A DNA stretch of 64,000 nucleotides, taken from the NCBI GenBank assembly GCA_963663805.2, contig CAXXMR010000013.1, forward strand, positions 384,001 to 448,000. Direction: 5' to 3'. The stretch comes from Sedimentisphaerales bacterium (GTDB lineage Bacteria; Planctomycetota; Phycisphaerae; Sedimentisphaerales; SM23-30). Under the pieces are notes generated by a model. It was not told the origin of the DNA. It saw only the letters and a list, made by a program, of their open reading frames with translations, and did not search any database. The translations under genes and the position numbers were made by a program. Positions 19,385 to 31,319 of the stretch are shown here, piece by piece (the stretch's first letter is position 1; each line of letters begins with the position of its first letter).

Positions 19385-22300
19385 TATTCGTCTAACCGCT
19401 CAGCAGAATCAGGCCCGCACTCTCACCGGTCGTGATATACTGCTTACCGCCGCGGCAGGTGCTGGCAAGACCGCCGTACTGGCCCGGCGTTGTGTCTATC
19501 TGCTCAGCGAAGCACCTGAACCTTGTGAGGTTGAAGAACTGCTGGTCCTGACCTTTACCGAATCTGCCGCCGCCGAGATGCGCCAGCGAATAGCTGATTT
19601 TCTACGCAAGAAATCTCGCCAGCCCGGTTCGGATACCGAGATGCTCAGGCGTAAACTGGCACTGCTCGATAAAGCCCAGATTTCTACCATACACTCATTT
19701 TGCAAATCGGTATTAAGTGAGTTTTTCTATCTGCTGGGGCTCGACCCGACTTTCGAGATGCTCGACGCCGACGAAGCGGCTCTCTTGAAGGTTCAGGTGG
19801 CTGAAGAGCTTTTCGAACGGCATTATCGCGAAACCGACAAACGGGTCTTTAGTCCGTTTGTACAGGCCTACAGCTCCGCCCAGGCTGGCAATGACCGCAA
19901 TGTGGTTTATCGTATCGTGCAGATGAATAACTTTCTCGAAAGCCTGCATGACCATCATCTTTGGGCCAAACTTTGCCGAGAACAGCTTGAGGTTACGCTG
20001 GAAGACCCTGCTTCGCTCAAGCTCGCTCGTAAACAGTTTGAGGTTATTGCCGACCAGCTCAATCGTGTTATCCTGCAACTGCAATACGCCCGGGACGCTG
20101 TGGCTCATTTCCCTGCGGTCGCGGTTTACCGGGATTATATCGACGAGAAACTTATTCCCAACCTGCTCGGCATCCAGCAGCACGTAAAGAGCGGCGATAT
20201 AAATCTGCTCATAGATTCACTCATCGAGCGACAGCGTTGGGATAATGCCCCCGCAATCCGCAAACCCAAAGGCCTTGAAGAATGGCAAAAAGAAGAAATT
20301 GATAAGCAGAAAGATACCATCAAGGGTTTTATCGATAAAGCCAAAGATGGTTTCGGCAAACTGGTAGAACGCTTCGCCGTCGGCCCCGAAGCACTCAAAC
20401 GCCAATTGCAAATAACTGACGGAATGGCCCATCTCCTGCTTGACTTGCAGGGTGAGTTCGCTGCCGGATATACCGCTGCCAAGGCCCGTCGTAATGTGCT
20501 GGATTTTGCTGATTTGGAACATAGATGTCTTGAACTGCTCAGCCCCAAATACGATGTCGCTGACCAGTTGCGTCGGCGTTTTCGGCATGTACTGGTCGAT
20601 GAATATCAGGACACCGCACCGGTTCAGGAAGCGATTCTGAATCGCATCTGCCGCGGTAATGATAATGTCCCCGGCAATGTCTTTATGGTCGGTGATGTCA
20701 AGCAGAGCATCTACGGCTTTCGTCAGGCCGACCCGCGTATCTTTATGCGAAAATATCATGACTTCGAGCTGGTTCTGCCGGAACCGGAAAATGACACTGC
20801 CGATTTGCCGGACCGGGCCCGTGTCAATCTCAATAAAAACTTCCGTTCGCGACGCGAGATTATCGCCGGCATCAATTTTATTTTCCGTCGGTGTATGACC
20901 GAGCAGTTTTGCGGAATCGACTATGACGACCAGGCTGCTTTGGATTTCGGCGCCGAATATTACGATAACACCGCCGAAAAAGGCGCCGTCGAAGTCCATT
21001 TGCTGGAAAAAGAAGTTTTGTCAACCGATAAGGAAATTGACGAGCTCGACGCCGACCGGCGCGAAGCACTGCTTATCGCCCGGCGTATTCAGGACATGGT
21101 GCAGAACCAGAAATTTCAGGTTTACGATAAGCAGAACGACATTACCCGGCCCGTGGAATATCGAGATATTGTCATTCTGCTACGCTCGGCACGGGCGCGG
21201 GGACAGATCTGGACCGAGACTCTTTTGCAGGCCGATGTCCCCGTTTATGCCGAGCTCAGCGGCGGCTATCTCGGTGCGACTGAAATACAGGATATGGTCT
21301 CGCTTCTGCAATTGCTGGACAATCCGCAGCAGGATATCCCCCTCGCCGCAGTACTCAGAAGCCAACTGGTGGGTTTGGATGAATCGGAACTCGCCGAAAT
21401 TAGACTGGCTTCTACTAGAGAGTGTCCCTATTACTACGCCGTAGTCAATTATGCCGAAAACGGCGCCGATACCGCCTTAAAAGAAAAACTGCTTTTATTC
21501 CTGGAACGTTTGGAAAACTGGCGCAGCCAGGCGCGACAGGGTACGCTGGCGACCTTGATATGGCAGATATATCGGGACACTAATCTGCCCGCCACTGTCA
21601 GCGGATTGCCCGATGGTACCCAACGCTATAATAATTTGCTGCATTTGTACGATAGAGCCCGGCAGTTCGATAGCTTTACGCGTCAGGGGGTTAGCCGGTT
21701 CTTGCGGTTTCTCGATAAAATCCGCGACGAAGAAGGCGACTTCGCACCGGCGCCAGTCATCACCGAAGCCGAAAATGTGGTGCGGATTATGACCGTGCAT
21801 AAAAGCAAGGGGCTGGAATTCCCTGTCGTTATAATTGCCGATTTGGCCCGGCGGTTTAATACTTCCGATACCCGTCCCAGTATTTTGTTTGATAGTGAGG
21901 AAGATTGTTCCGTCGGACTGAAGGTTGTCGACCGACTCAGTCACGACCGCTGGGATACGCTGGCGCATAATATTATCGGCGAGACTTTGCTGCGTCGCTC
22001 ACTGGCCGAGGAGATGCGAATCCTTTATGTTGCCCTGACTCGGGCCCGCGAACGCCTGATTCTGACGGGTACTTCCAAACTGGACGATTTACGCCAACTG
22101 GGACAGCTTTGGCGCTGGAGTGCTGCCGAGTCGCTTGCCGAGTTTGCCCTGAGCGGAGTTGCTTCACCACTTTACTGGCTGGTGATGGCCTTGGCGGGGC
22201 ATCCCGATATGCAGGGATTTCTTGAACGGCCCGTTGATGATTTAACCGGCGATAAATATTCTGCCGCCGCCCGATTTGAGATAAACAGTTTTTCCGACAA

Positions 22301-23153
22301 GCAAATGTTCGAACTGGTAAGGGATAATCAGCCTCAGGTGGTTGCCCGCAAGTCTCTCGAAAATCTGGATGATTTAGCCCGTGATGATAACCCTGGTCCA
22401 GCCGCCGCTGAGGTGCTCGAGCGAATCAAATGGCGCTATGCCCAGCGGCAAATGACCACTCTGGCAGCCCGGACCAGTGTCACCGAGATTAAACGGCATC
22501 TAAACACTTTAGGCGAAGAAGATTTCGGCCCGCGCGATGGGGCCAAAACTGAAATCGCCGAACCTTTCAGTCGCCGCGTGCGTTTCCTGAACCAGACCGG
22601 CCCGGATATTACCGCCGCCGAACGAGGGACGCTTAACCATTTGTTCCTGCAATTAATTGATTTAAGTTGTACCCTCGATGAGTCCGGTCTGGCTGACCAG
22701 CTTAACGAAATGGTCCAGCGGGGCATTATTGATTCCGCCCGGATCGACGCGGTGGACCTGAAAAAGATTGCCGCGTTCTTTGCCGACTCGGCAGGGCGGC
22801 TGCTTGTTGATAATCCTGACCGGCTGGTTCGAGAATGGCCGTTCACGCTGGCCCTGCCCGCCGCCGAGGTTTATACCACCGCCGAACTAAAAGGTACTGA
22901 CGCTCAGGAACCGGTACTGGTCCGCGGTATTATTGATTGCCTGGTCGAAACTGATAAAGGTGTTTGGGTAATTGATTATAAAACCGACCGGGTTAATAAC
23001 TATACCATTGACCAGCGGGCCCAGGGGTATTATCCGCAGATGTGGCTTTATCGCCGGGCGGTCGAAATAATTCTTCATAAGCCGGTTTGCGGCCTGATAT
23101 TATATTTTCTGGAAATCAACCAGGCCGTCCAAGTGCCGGGTTTACAAGATTAG
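19377..23153 (+). CDS. addA: ATP-dependent helicase/nuclease subunit A
   Basis: AAAGAGKT, VDEYQDT, GDVKQSIYGFR, MTVHKSKGLEF, YVALTRA, C-terminal GIID/IDYKTD nuclease. Confidence 0.97.
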   Translation: MSDIRLTAQQNQARTLTGRDILLTAAAGAGKTAVLARRCVYLLSEAPEPCEVEELLVLTFTESAAAEMRQRIADFLRKKSRQPGSDTEMLRRKLALLDKAQISTIHSFCKSVLSEFFYLLGLDPTFEMLDADEAALLKVQVAEELFERHYRETDKRVFSPFVQAYSSAQAGNDRNVVYRIVQMNNFLESLHDHHLWAKLCREQLEVTLEDPASLKLARKQFEVIADQLNRVILQLQYARDAVAHFPAVAVYRDYIDEKLIPNLLGIQQHVKSGDINLLIDSLIERQRWDNAPAIRKPKGLEEWQKEEIDKQKDTIKGFIDKAKDGFGKLVERFAVGPEALKRQLQITDGMAHLLLDLQGEFAAGYTAAKARRNVLDFADLEHRCLELLSPKYDVADQLRRRFRHVLVDEYQDTAPVQEAILNRICRGNDNVPGNVFMVGDVKQSIYGFRQADPRIFMRKYHDFELVLPEPENDTADLPDRARVNLNKNFRSRREIIAGINFIFRRCMTEQFCGIDYDDQAALDFGAEYYDNTAEKGAVEVHLLEKEVLSTDKEIDELDADRREALLIARRIQDMVQNQKFQVYDKQNDITRPVEYRDIVILLRSARARGQIWTETLLQADVPVYAELSGGYLGATEIQDMVSLLQLLDNPQQDIPLAAVLRSQLVGLDESELAEIRLASTRECPYYYAVVNYAENGADTALKEKLLLFLERLENWRSQARQGTLATLIWQIYRDTNLPATVSGLPDGTQRYNNLLHLYDRARQFDSFTRQGVSRFLRFLDKIRDEEGDFAPAPVITEAENVVRIMTVHKSKGLEFPVVIIADLARRFNTSDTRPSILFDSEEDCSVGLKVVDRLSHDRWDTLAHNIIGETLLRRSLAEEMRILYVALTRARERLILTGTSKLDDLRQLGQLWRWSAAESLAEFALSGVASPLYWLVMALAGHPDMQGFLERPVDDLTGDKYSAAARFEINSFSDKQMFELVRDNQPQVVARKSLENLDDLARDDNPGPAAAEVLERIKWRYAQRQMTTLAARTSVTEIKRHLNTLGEEDFGPRDGAKTEIAEPFSRRVRFLNQTGPDITAAERGTLNHLFLQLIDLSCTLDESGLADQLNEMVQRGIIDSARIDAVDLKKIAAFFADSAGRLLVDNPDRLVREWPFTLALPAAEVYTTAELKGTDAQEPVLVRGIIDCLVETDKGVWVIDYKTDRVNNYTIDQRAQGYYPQMWLYRRAVEIILHKPVCGLILYFLEINQAVQVPGLQD

Positions 23154-23425
23154 AGCGGTCCGTTTTCGTCACGAACCCGTTGGAGTTCACGCAGCGCCTG
23201 GTCAATACTGGCGATGGCACGGTCAGCGGCCCTCACGGCCTTGCCCATGGTCTCACGACCCTGTATCCGACGGGGGTTCTCGCGTTCATCAGCCGGAAGA
23301 TGTTTGTCTTCCTCGTTAAGCCGTTCAAATTCCGCTACCAGTTGGTCACGCAAAATCTGGGCCTGGTCGCGGGCCTCACGAATCTCAGCGATGCCGTTAT
23401 CAAACTCACCTGCGTTTTGTGCCAT
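23150..23425 (-). CDS. Small helical hypothetical protein
   Basis: 91-aa ORF with GAGGAG RBS and charged amphipathic helices; converges on addA. Confidence 0.65.
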   Translation of the reverse strand: MAQNAGEFDNGIAEIREARDQAQILRDQLVAEFERLNEEDKHLPADERENPRRIQGRETMGKAVRAADRAIASIDQALRELQRVRDENGPL

Positions 23426-23708
23426 AATCGATAGTTCTCCTCGGTTAGAGAGAATCCACCTGAATTCTACAGCCTTTTACGTCCCCTGCAACAGCTTTTT
23501 TGAGGATGAAGATCAACATGAGAATTAAAATCCGACGCTGGCCAGCCCTGAAGCCGCGCCGTTTAATTTCGGTTCCGGCCTTTATCCGAAAACTATACTA
23601 TACGACACTTTTTTGCAAAAAAATACCCCAAAAAGGTAATATAGTATAGTTTGCTCCCGCCAAAAACGCGAAAAAATGCAAAAAAATGCAAAAAAACGTA
23701 AAAAAACA

Positions 23709-25158
23709 CAATCCTGTTCGGCACATTTATTGCTTTAGGCTTTTGGCCTCCTGTATTTTTTTAAAAAAAAACCCGAAATGTTAAGATGGGTAATTTGCGC
23801 TCGAGGGATATTTATGCTCTAATAGGAGGCATGAGTGCTAAGCGTCAGAAAATCAAGGAGCGGGACCTGCGTGGGTTCAAGTATTTCAAGTCCCTCTCGG
23901 CTCTGCTGAAAGGTCTTCACTCGGCGGGATGTGAGCGGGACCGGGCCGGCAATCGCACATTATTCATGGACCAGTATGTCAGTCTGCTGCTGTTATACAT
24001 GTTCAATCCGATCTGCAGTTCCATCCGGTCTTTGCAGCAGGCCGGCGAGCTCAAAAAGGTACAGCGGCTGTTGGGTTGTTCGCGTGCTTCGCTGGGTTCG
24101 CTTTCGGAAGCATCCCGGGTTTTTGAGAGTTCTTTGTTAGAGCCGATAATCGCTCAACTCACTGAGCAGTTAGGGCCGATATCTCAGGACAAAAAACTGG
24201 AAGTCGGTCAGGTCATTACCCTGGTGGACGGCAGCAGTATTCAGGCTTTGCAAAAACTCACTCAGGCTGCCTGGGACACCGACAAACCCGGAATTAAAGC
24301 ACACACTCAGTTTGATCTGGAAAAATATGTGCCTCTGAAAATAAATATCAGTGAAGACAAGTCTGATGAGCGAAAGGTTTTTTTAGAGAATCTTCAGCCC
24401 GGCCGGATTTATGTCAATGATCGCGGATATGCCTGTTTTAAGCTGTTTCAGGCCATTGTGGATAGTAAAAGCTCTTTTGTCTGTCGGCTGCGTGAGGATA
24501 CGGTTTACGAAACTATTCAGGAAAAACCTTTAACTGAAGATGCTCGAAAAGCGGGGATAATTTTTGATCGTACGGTAATCGCCGGCAGCAGTGAAAAACT
24601 GCGGGAAGATTTCAAACAACCGTTACGCCTGATAGCGGTTGAATGTCAACCGCATTTGAAACGGGGCCAGGGACCACGTCAGAGTGAGATGATTTTGATT
24701 GCCACCGACCGGCTGGACCTGGACGCCGAAGTCATTGCCCTGCTCTATCAGAAACGCTGGGCCATCGAAATATTTTTTCCGCTTTTTTAAGCATGTGCTG
24801 GGCTGCCGACATCTGCTAAGCCTCTGCGAAAACGGTATCGAACTACAGATGTACGCCGCGATTATCGCCTGTATGCTGATCAGCCTGTGGACGGGCAAAA
24901 AACCAACTTTAAGAACCTACGAAATGCTCTGCTGGCACCTCTGCGGCATGGCCGACGAGCAAGAAATGCAGAACCATATCAATAAACTCCAAAGCCAAAA
25001 CTAAGGCCGATCCTCAAAAAAATCGCCGCTGCCGCTGATGCTGCGCCAAAATAACCAGTGCCGACAGTCCCACTGAGGGATAATCCCCGCTAAATCATAT
25101 GAACTGCAAAGACCACAGAAAAACTGTATTTGAGCAATAAATGTGCCGAACAGGATTG
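23709..25158 (+). mobile_element. IS4-family insertion sequence, copy 1
   Basis: 26-bp terminal IRs CAATCCTGTTCGGCACATTTATTGCT; 9-bp TSD AAAAAAACA (23700-23708 / 25159-25167). Confidence 0.93.
23831..25004 (+). CDS. IS4-family DDE transposase, copy 1 (+1 T frameshift at ~24773-24778)
   Basis: Near-identical to copy 2, with an extra T in a T-run at the YxxRWxIE signature. Confidence 0.9.
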
Positions 25159-25178
25159 AAAAAAACACGAAAAAATGC

Positions 25179-26626
25179 CAATCCTGTTCGGCACATTTAT
25201 TGCTTTAGGCTTTTGGCCTCCTGTATTTTTTTAAAAAGAACCCGAAATGTTAAGATAGGTAATTTGCGCTCGAGGGATATTTATGCTCTAATAGGAGGCA
25301 TGAGTGCTAAGCGTCAGAAAATCAAGGAGCGGGACCTGCGTGGGTTCAAGTATTTCAAGTCCCTCTCGGCTCTGCTGAAAGGTCTTCACTCGGCGGGATG
25401 TGAGCGGGACCGGGCCGGCAATCGCACATTATTCATGGACCAGTATGTCAGTCTGCTGCTGTTATACATGTTCAATCCGATCTGCAGTTCCATCCGGTCT
25501 TTGCAGCAGGCCGGCGAGCTCAAAAAGGTACAGCGGCTGTTGGGTTGTTCGCGTGCTTCGCTGGGTTCGCTTTCGGAAGCATCCCGGGTTTTTGAGAGTT
25601 CTTTGTTAGAGCCGATAATCGCTCAACTCACTGAGCAGTTAGGGCCGATATCTCAGGACAAAAAACTGGAAGTCGGTCAGGTCATTACCCTGGTGGACGG
25701 CAGCAGTATTCAGGCTTTGCAAAAACTCACTCAGGCTGCCTGGGACACCGACAAACCCGGAATTAAAGCACACACTCAGTTTGATCTGGAAAAATATGTG
25801 CCTCTGAAAATAAATATCAGTGAAGACAAGTCTGATGAGCGAAAGGTTTTTTTAGAGAATCTTCAGCCCGGCCGGATTTATGTCAATGATCGCGGATATG
25901 CCTGTTTTAAGCTGTTTCAGGCCATTGTGGATAGTAAAAGCTCTTTTGTATGTCGGCTGCGTGAGGATACGGTTTACGAAACTATTCAGGAAAAACCTTT
26001 AACTGAAGATGCTCGAAAAGCGGGGATAATTTTTGATCGTACGGTAATCGCCGGCAGCAGTGAAAAACTGCGGGAAGATTTCAAACAACCGTTACGCCTG
26101 ATAGCGGTTGAATGTCAACCGCATTTGAAACGGGGCCAGGGACCACGTCAGAGTGAGATGATTTTGATTGCCACCGACCGGCTGGACCTGGACGCCGAAG
26201 TCATTGCCCTGCTCTATCAGAAACGCTGGGCCATCGAAATATTTTTCCGCTTTTTTAAGCATGTGCTGGGCTGCCGACATCTGCTAAGCCTCTGCGAAAA
26301 CGGTATCGAACTACAGATGTACGCCGCGATTATCGCCTGTATGCTGATCAGCCTGTGGACGGGCAAAAAACCAACTTTAAGAACCTACGAAATGCTCTGC
26401 TGGCACCTCTGCGGCATGGCCGACGAGCAAGAAATGCAGAACCATATCAATAAACTCCAAAGCCAAAACTAAGGCCGATCCTCAAAAAAATCGCCGCTGC
26501 CGCTGATGCTGCGCCAAAATAACCAGTGCCGACAGTCCCACTGAGGGATAATCCCCGCTAAATCATATGAACTGCAAAGACCACAGAAAAACTGTATTTG
26601 AGCAATAAATGTGCCGAACAGGATTG
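25179..26626 (+). mobile_element. IS4-family insertion sequence, copy 2
   Basis: Same terminal IRs; distinct 9-bp TSD AAAAAATGC (25170-25178 / 26627-26635). Confidence 0.93.
25300..26472 (+). CDS. IS4-family DDE transposase, copy 2 (intact)
   Basis: VDGS, DRGY and YQKRWAIEIFFRFFK (YREK) motifs; AGGAGG RBS. Confidence 0.93.
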   Translation: MSAKRQKIKERDLRGFKYFKSLSALLKGLHSAGCERDRAGNRTLFMDQYVSLLLLYMFNPICSSIRSLQQAGELKKVQRLLGCSRASLGSLSEASRVFESSLLEPIIAQLTEQLGPISQDKKLEVGQVITLVDGSSIQALQKLTQAAWDTDKPGIKAHTQFDLEKYVPLKINISEDKSDERKVFLENLQPGRIYVNDRGYACFKLFQAIVDSKSSFVCRLREDTVYETIQEKPLTEDARKAGIIFDRTVIAGSSEKLREDFKQPLRLIAVECQPHLKRGQGPRQSEMILIATDRLDLDAEVIALLYQKRWAIEIFFRFFKHVLGCRHLLSLCENGIELQMYAAIIACMLISLWTGKKPTLRTYEMLCWHLCGMADEQEMQNHINKLQSQN

Positions 26627-26703
26627 AAAAAATGCTCAAAAAACCGTCAATTTCGCTCAATAACCCCCCCTTTTTTACATTATCCAGAGAAAAAAGCGTT
26701 TAT

Positions 26704-28226
26704 TTAGACCGGATTATGTGCCGGTTCGAAGACCTGAATACGGTTTTTGCCGCTGTTTTTAGCTTCAAACAGTGCCGCGTCAGCTTCGTTCATAAACTGT
26801 TCTAGTGAGCTGTTAGTCCGAAATTGCCCCATTCCTACGCTTACTGACACATTTATGTCCTGTTTTTCAAATTTAACCGGTTTTTCCGATACGGTAGCAC
26901 CGAGACGTTCTGCCACGGTTAATGCTTCGGGCAAGCCGGTGTTGGGCAGGATTACGGCAAACTCGTCACCGCCGTAACGGGCAGCTATGTCACTGTGCCT
27001 GATGCAGTTCTGTATCTGCTGGGAAACGTGCAGGATAACAGCGTCGCCGGCGCGATGGCCGTAATTGTCGTTTATCTTTTTGAGATTGTCCATATCTACC
27101 ATTATGAGTGTGAGGTCGGTTTCGTAACGCCTGACCCGATGTACTTCCCGGTCCAGTTCGTCGTAGAAGGTGCGATGGTTGACCAGGCCGGTCATGCTGT
27201 CGGTCCGGGCCCGGCGGTTGGCGTCTTCGTACATCTGGATATTGGCCAGCGAAGAGCCGATGATGTCGCACAACAGCTGGACCGGCGAAAGGTCGTTTTC
27301 CGCATCGAAAGCAGGGGGCGTCAATTTTGTCAGCGAGATTGATTATGCCCACAATTCTGCCGCTGCCGAAAAGCGGGGCAATGATGCAGCTGTTGGACTG
27401 ATAGTTGTTTTTGTTTTTACGGCGTACGGGGGCTTTACCGTCCTTTTCGATTTCGGCGAAGTCTTTCAGCAGCAAAAGCTTGCTTTGGGCGGATGGCTTT
27501 ATCCATGGGGCTGTTGGAATGTTCCTCCAGGACCACGAGCCGGTCAATCGCGTAGGGGTGATTGTGCCGCATGAGGTGGAGTACGTGTTTGTCCGGGTCG
27601 TAAGTGTATAGTGAAGCGAACCGCGGCGGAAATGAGGGCGGGAACCTGGTCGGTACAGATAGAAGCGATACGGTCGATGTCCAGGCAGTTGATTTGCCGC
27701 GACAAGTGACTGATATGATTGATTTTTATCTAAAACCTTCTCGCGGGTTTGCAGATTTGAGTCTCGCTGGCTGAGTTGCTTTTGCAGATGGGCAATCTGG
27801 TGAGTGAGCTTGACGTTTTTACGGGCCAGTTCGTGCTGCTGCTGGAGGGGTTTCTTTATTTTTTTTAAGTTGCTGAAAAATAAAAATCAATACGTTTTTG
27901 CAGGGCGGAGATGTTTAGATTGTCGTAAAAGCACGTCATCACAATGGCTTTAATATGGAGTTTGGGTCTTGGGGGTTGTCAGTGGAATTTGTCCAGATTG
28001 CGATTGCCAGGAAATCTGCAATTTCTTTGCGGAGTTTGGGTATGTCTGTAGCGCATTTTTGGCAGTTGGGAGTCAGGAACATCACGGTCAGGGCCTGACT
28101 GTCCTTGGTTTGAGCCTGCCATTCATTATAATCGGCACAGTTAATCCCCATCCTGGCCGCCAGGGCGGTCAAGTGGTCGGCCAGGGGTCTGGGCAGACCG
28201 GCATGAATAATCAACTTCTGCCGCAT
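26704..28226 (-). CDS. Diguanylate cyclase (degenerate REC-like N-terminus, coiled coil, GAF, GGDEF); several frameshifts
   Basis: DSMTGLVN, RHSD I-site, RYGGDEF. ORF pieces 27939-28226, 27550-27860, 27320-27470 and 26704-27324 join into one reading path when single-base insertions are removed. Confidence 0.8.
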
Positions 28227-28308
28227 GTTGCGATCGAGTCTCCTTTTTTGCCTATATGTAGTGTTTTGTAGATATAGGCCGTCTCCGCATCTAATACAAT
28301 CCTTTGTA

Positions 28309-28336
28309 ATATCGGTAGATATGAAAGGCAAACTGA
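28309..28336 (-). promoter_or_regulatory. Candidate sigma28 promoter of the diguanylate cyclase
   Basis: Minus strand TCAG-N16-ACCGATAT. Confidence 0.4.
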
Positions 28337-28468
28337 GGTAAAAAAAAAAAGGCAAAAAAACTAAAGTTTTGTTTGACTCTGATTAGCGTATGTTAATTAT
28401 TTTACAAAACGTAAAATATAATTATCGGGCTTTGCTAACCGGATGTAATTTGTGGAGTACGCAATAAG

Positions 28469-28754
28469 ATGACAGCATTAGCCGAAAAACTGAAAAATAA
28501 CCCGCCCCCTGAAGTTGTTCCGCATTGGTGAAGTTGCCCGTTTTACGGGTCTGAGTCGCCAGACGGTTCATAACTACACCATCATGGGGCTGATAAACGA
28601 GGGGGACTGGACGGAAGGGGGGCACCGGCTTTACGACGAGTCGGTATTTACAGAACTTGCCCGTATAGAACAACTTAAGAGTACGAAGACGCTTCGCGAG
28701 ATTCGTTTATTGCTTGACGATGAGCGGCGAATGCTTCCGGCTTCGGCTGGTTAG
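28469..28754 (+). CDS. Stand-alone MerR-family HTH protein (probable +1 frameshift at ~28505)
   Basis: FRIGEVARFTGLSRQTVHNY..MGLI...TEGGHRLY; upstream ATG 28469 with GGAG. Confidence 0.85.
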
Positions 28755-28851
28755 TCTGCCGTTGCTGGTCAGGGGCCACATGGGGTGCGGTCTCTGTCGC
28801 TATTGTTAACTTTGAAGGCCCAGGCGCGGGACAGGAAGTCCGAAAGTAATC

Positions 28852-31299
28852 ATGGATGATTCGCCGAAATCACAATTAACCTTCCGTCAGGCAATGTCCG
28901 AGTCAGTGGCAGATACCACTGGCAATTGTCTCCCTGGTCGCGTTTGTCGGTTTGATCTGGCAGTTGCGACCGGGAGACGATGCGCCTACTTTTGATGAAC
29001 TTATTGAGGTGTGTTCAGGCCTTCGCTGACCAGGAGCGCTACCCCGGAGTTTTATGCCGGCAGCGGAAGAGCTTCGTCGGCAGGCGCCAGAGTGAAGAAC
29101 AGTTAGCCCGGGTTCATTTTATGGTTGCCCAGGTTCGGGTGTTCAGGAGCTTGCGCAGCCTTAGCCAGTGGGGGATGGATGCTTATCGTCTCAGTGCCCC
29201 AGCTAATTATGAGCGAATTATATATGATTACTCGATTGCTTTGCAGCGGAATATGCCTGACCCCATACTGCGGCGAGTGTGCGATTTTTCGTGATTTGGC
29301 GTTGGCGTGCTGGAATCTTAATCAGCCGGAAAAAGCGGTTACCTCTCTTAAAAAGCCATTGCCCGCACAGAGAATTTTTGACGCGGGTTTGAATCGCCTG
29401 CTGGTTCAGATGCTTCTGGCGTCCCGGCCGGAAAACTATCTGGAAAACAGCATGTCCGTGGTTGAGAAGCTGCTTGGTCAGCCGGATGTATCTGATAGGA
29501 CCGTTCGTGGGCGTTTGTGCGTAAGGTTTGATTTGTTGATAGAGATGGGGCACGAACAGCAGGCATTGGATTTGCTGGCTTCGGCGGATGAGAAAAATTC
29601 GTTTATCACGGTTGGGTGATGAGCTGGAATTTTTGCGGGGTCGGGCGTTGCGTCGGGTTGGTTCAGCCGATGAGGCTGACCAGGTTTTGCGTAATCTTAT
29701 GGACCATCTCAAGATCGTGGTGATGTTACGCTCAGGCGGCCCTTGAGCTGGGGCGTATCAATTACGAACAGTTTCGTGACCATGATGCCCGTACTATTAT
29801 CAGCTGGTTATCGATACCCAGATGGGTAAAGAGTGGTATGCCGCTGCTGCTTTGGGTATGGCCGAGTGCCTGACGCTTCAACAGCGTTACGGTGAGGCGG
29901 GTAATTTTTTTATCAGGATGCTGTTGACCAGGTAAAAAAGACCTCCGGTAATCGGGCTGTCTCGCGTGATGAACTTCAGCAGAGTCTGGCTCAGCAGGCT
30001 TATCGGTTGGGTATGCTCAAGCGTTATGATGCGGCCCTGTCCTTTCTTGAAATCGAACAGCAGGTTGCCTCCGAAAATGATGTTGACGCAGCCGACCGTT
30101 TTTGCCCGCATGCACGAGTTTATGGCTGAGCAGTTTGCAGGAAGACCTGGTTGAATCAAAGCGTCTGACCGCTGACCGCGAGCCGACCGAAACAGAAAAG
30201 CAGTTGATTGTCCAGCAGAACGAACTTATTACCAGTCATTACGAGCAGGCCGGTGCCCAGTTTTGAGCGTGTTTCGCGTCTGGTGGTGGGGGATGACAAC
30301 CTTTACGCGGACAGTCTCTGGCGTTCGGCGAGCAATTATGACAAGGCGGGCAATGCCGAAAAGTCGATAGAGGCCTGGAAGCGTTTTGTCGAGGAAAGGC
30401 AGGGACAGTCACGTTGGCCTCGTGCTATTTTTTATTTGGCCCAGGCTTATCAGGCCGTGGGACGTTACCCCGAAGCCATCGAGCAATACTGGAACCTGCG
30501 TCAGAGCAACCCTCGTTCGCAGGCGGCTTTGGATAGTGCCGTGCCTTTGTCTCGCTGCTATCTGGCCCTTGACCCTCCGGAAATTGAAGAGGCTGAGCTG
30601 CTTCTCATTTCCATGCTCGAAGATCGCACGTTGACACCCGCTTCGGGATATTTTCGTCAGTCGATGTTTGAGTTGGGTGAGCTGTATTACAATAAGCAGG
30701 ATTACGAAAAGGCCATGGGTATTCTCACTGAGGCGATAGACCGCTATGCTGATGACCCGCGTCTGGCCAAGTATATTTTTCTAGCCGCGGATTCGCATCG
30801 TCAAAGTGGTTTGGCTCTGGATGAGGTTCTGGCCCAGCTTGAAAGCGATCCTACGGCCCTGCTGACCCAGGAAAAGAATCGCGAACTTCGCCGTCGCTAT
30901 CTGAATCTTGCCCGCAATTATTTTTCTCAGTCGATAGACCATTATGAAAAAATACCCGAAGGCCGCCGCACTGTTCTCGACGACCTTTATTTGTGTCACA
31001 GTTGGATGTACAAAGCCGATTGTCTTTTTGACCTAGACCGTTACGAAGAAGCGGTTATGGCTTATGAAGAAGTTGCTCTCCGCTATCAGCTGACTCCGAC
31101 TGCTCTGAATTCATTCGTGCAGATTGTCAACTGTCATATCAAACTTGGCAACCTGGGCGAGGCACGCTCGGCGAATCAGCGGGCTTTGTGGCAGCTTCGT
31201 AAAATTCCCGATGAACAGCTTGTCGCGGGCCCCACCAGCATGTCGCGGGCGCAATGGCAGAGCTGGTTTGAATGGATGGCGAAGTCAGGACTTTGGTAA
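28852..31299 (+). CDS. Large tetratricopeptide-repeat protein, multiply frameshifted in its 5' half
   Basis: TPR helices in 30208-31299 (AIFYLAQAYQAVGRYPEAIEQY; SMFELGELYY); TPR-like fragments in alternating frames back to ATG 28852. Confidence 0.7.
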
Positions 31300-31319
31300 C
31301 CCTAATGGAAGGATATCCT

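Noticed and set aside
24770..24790. Programmed frameshift in the transposase
   Set aside because: Copy 2 is a single intact ORF, and IS4 transposases are not normally frameshift-expressed. The extra T is an error or a mutation.
23709..26626. Composite transposon or assembly duplication of one IS
   Set aside because: Each copy has its own distinct 9-bp TSD, there is no cargo between them, and the copies differ by substitutions.
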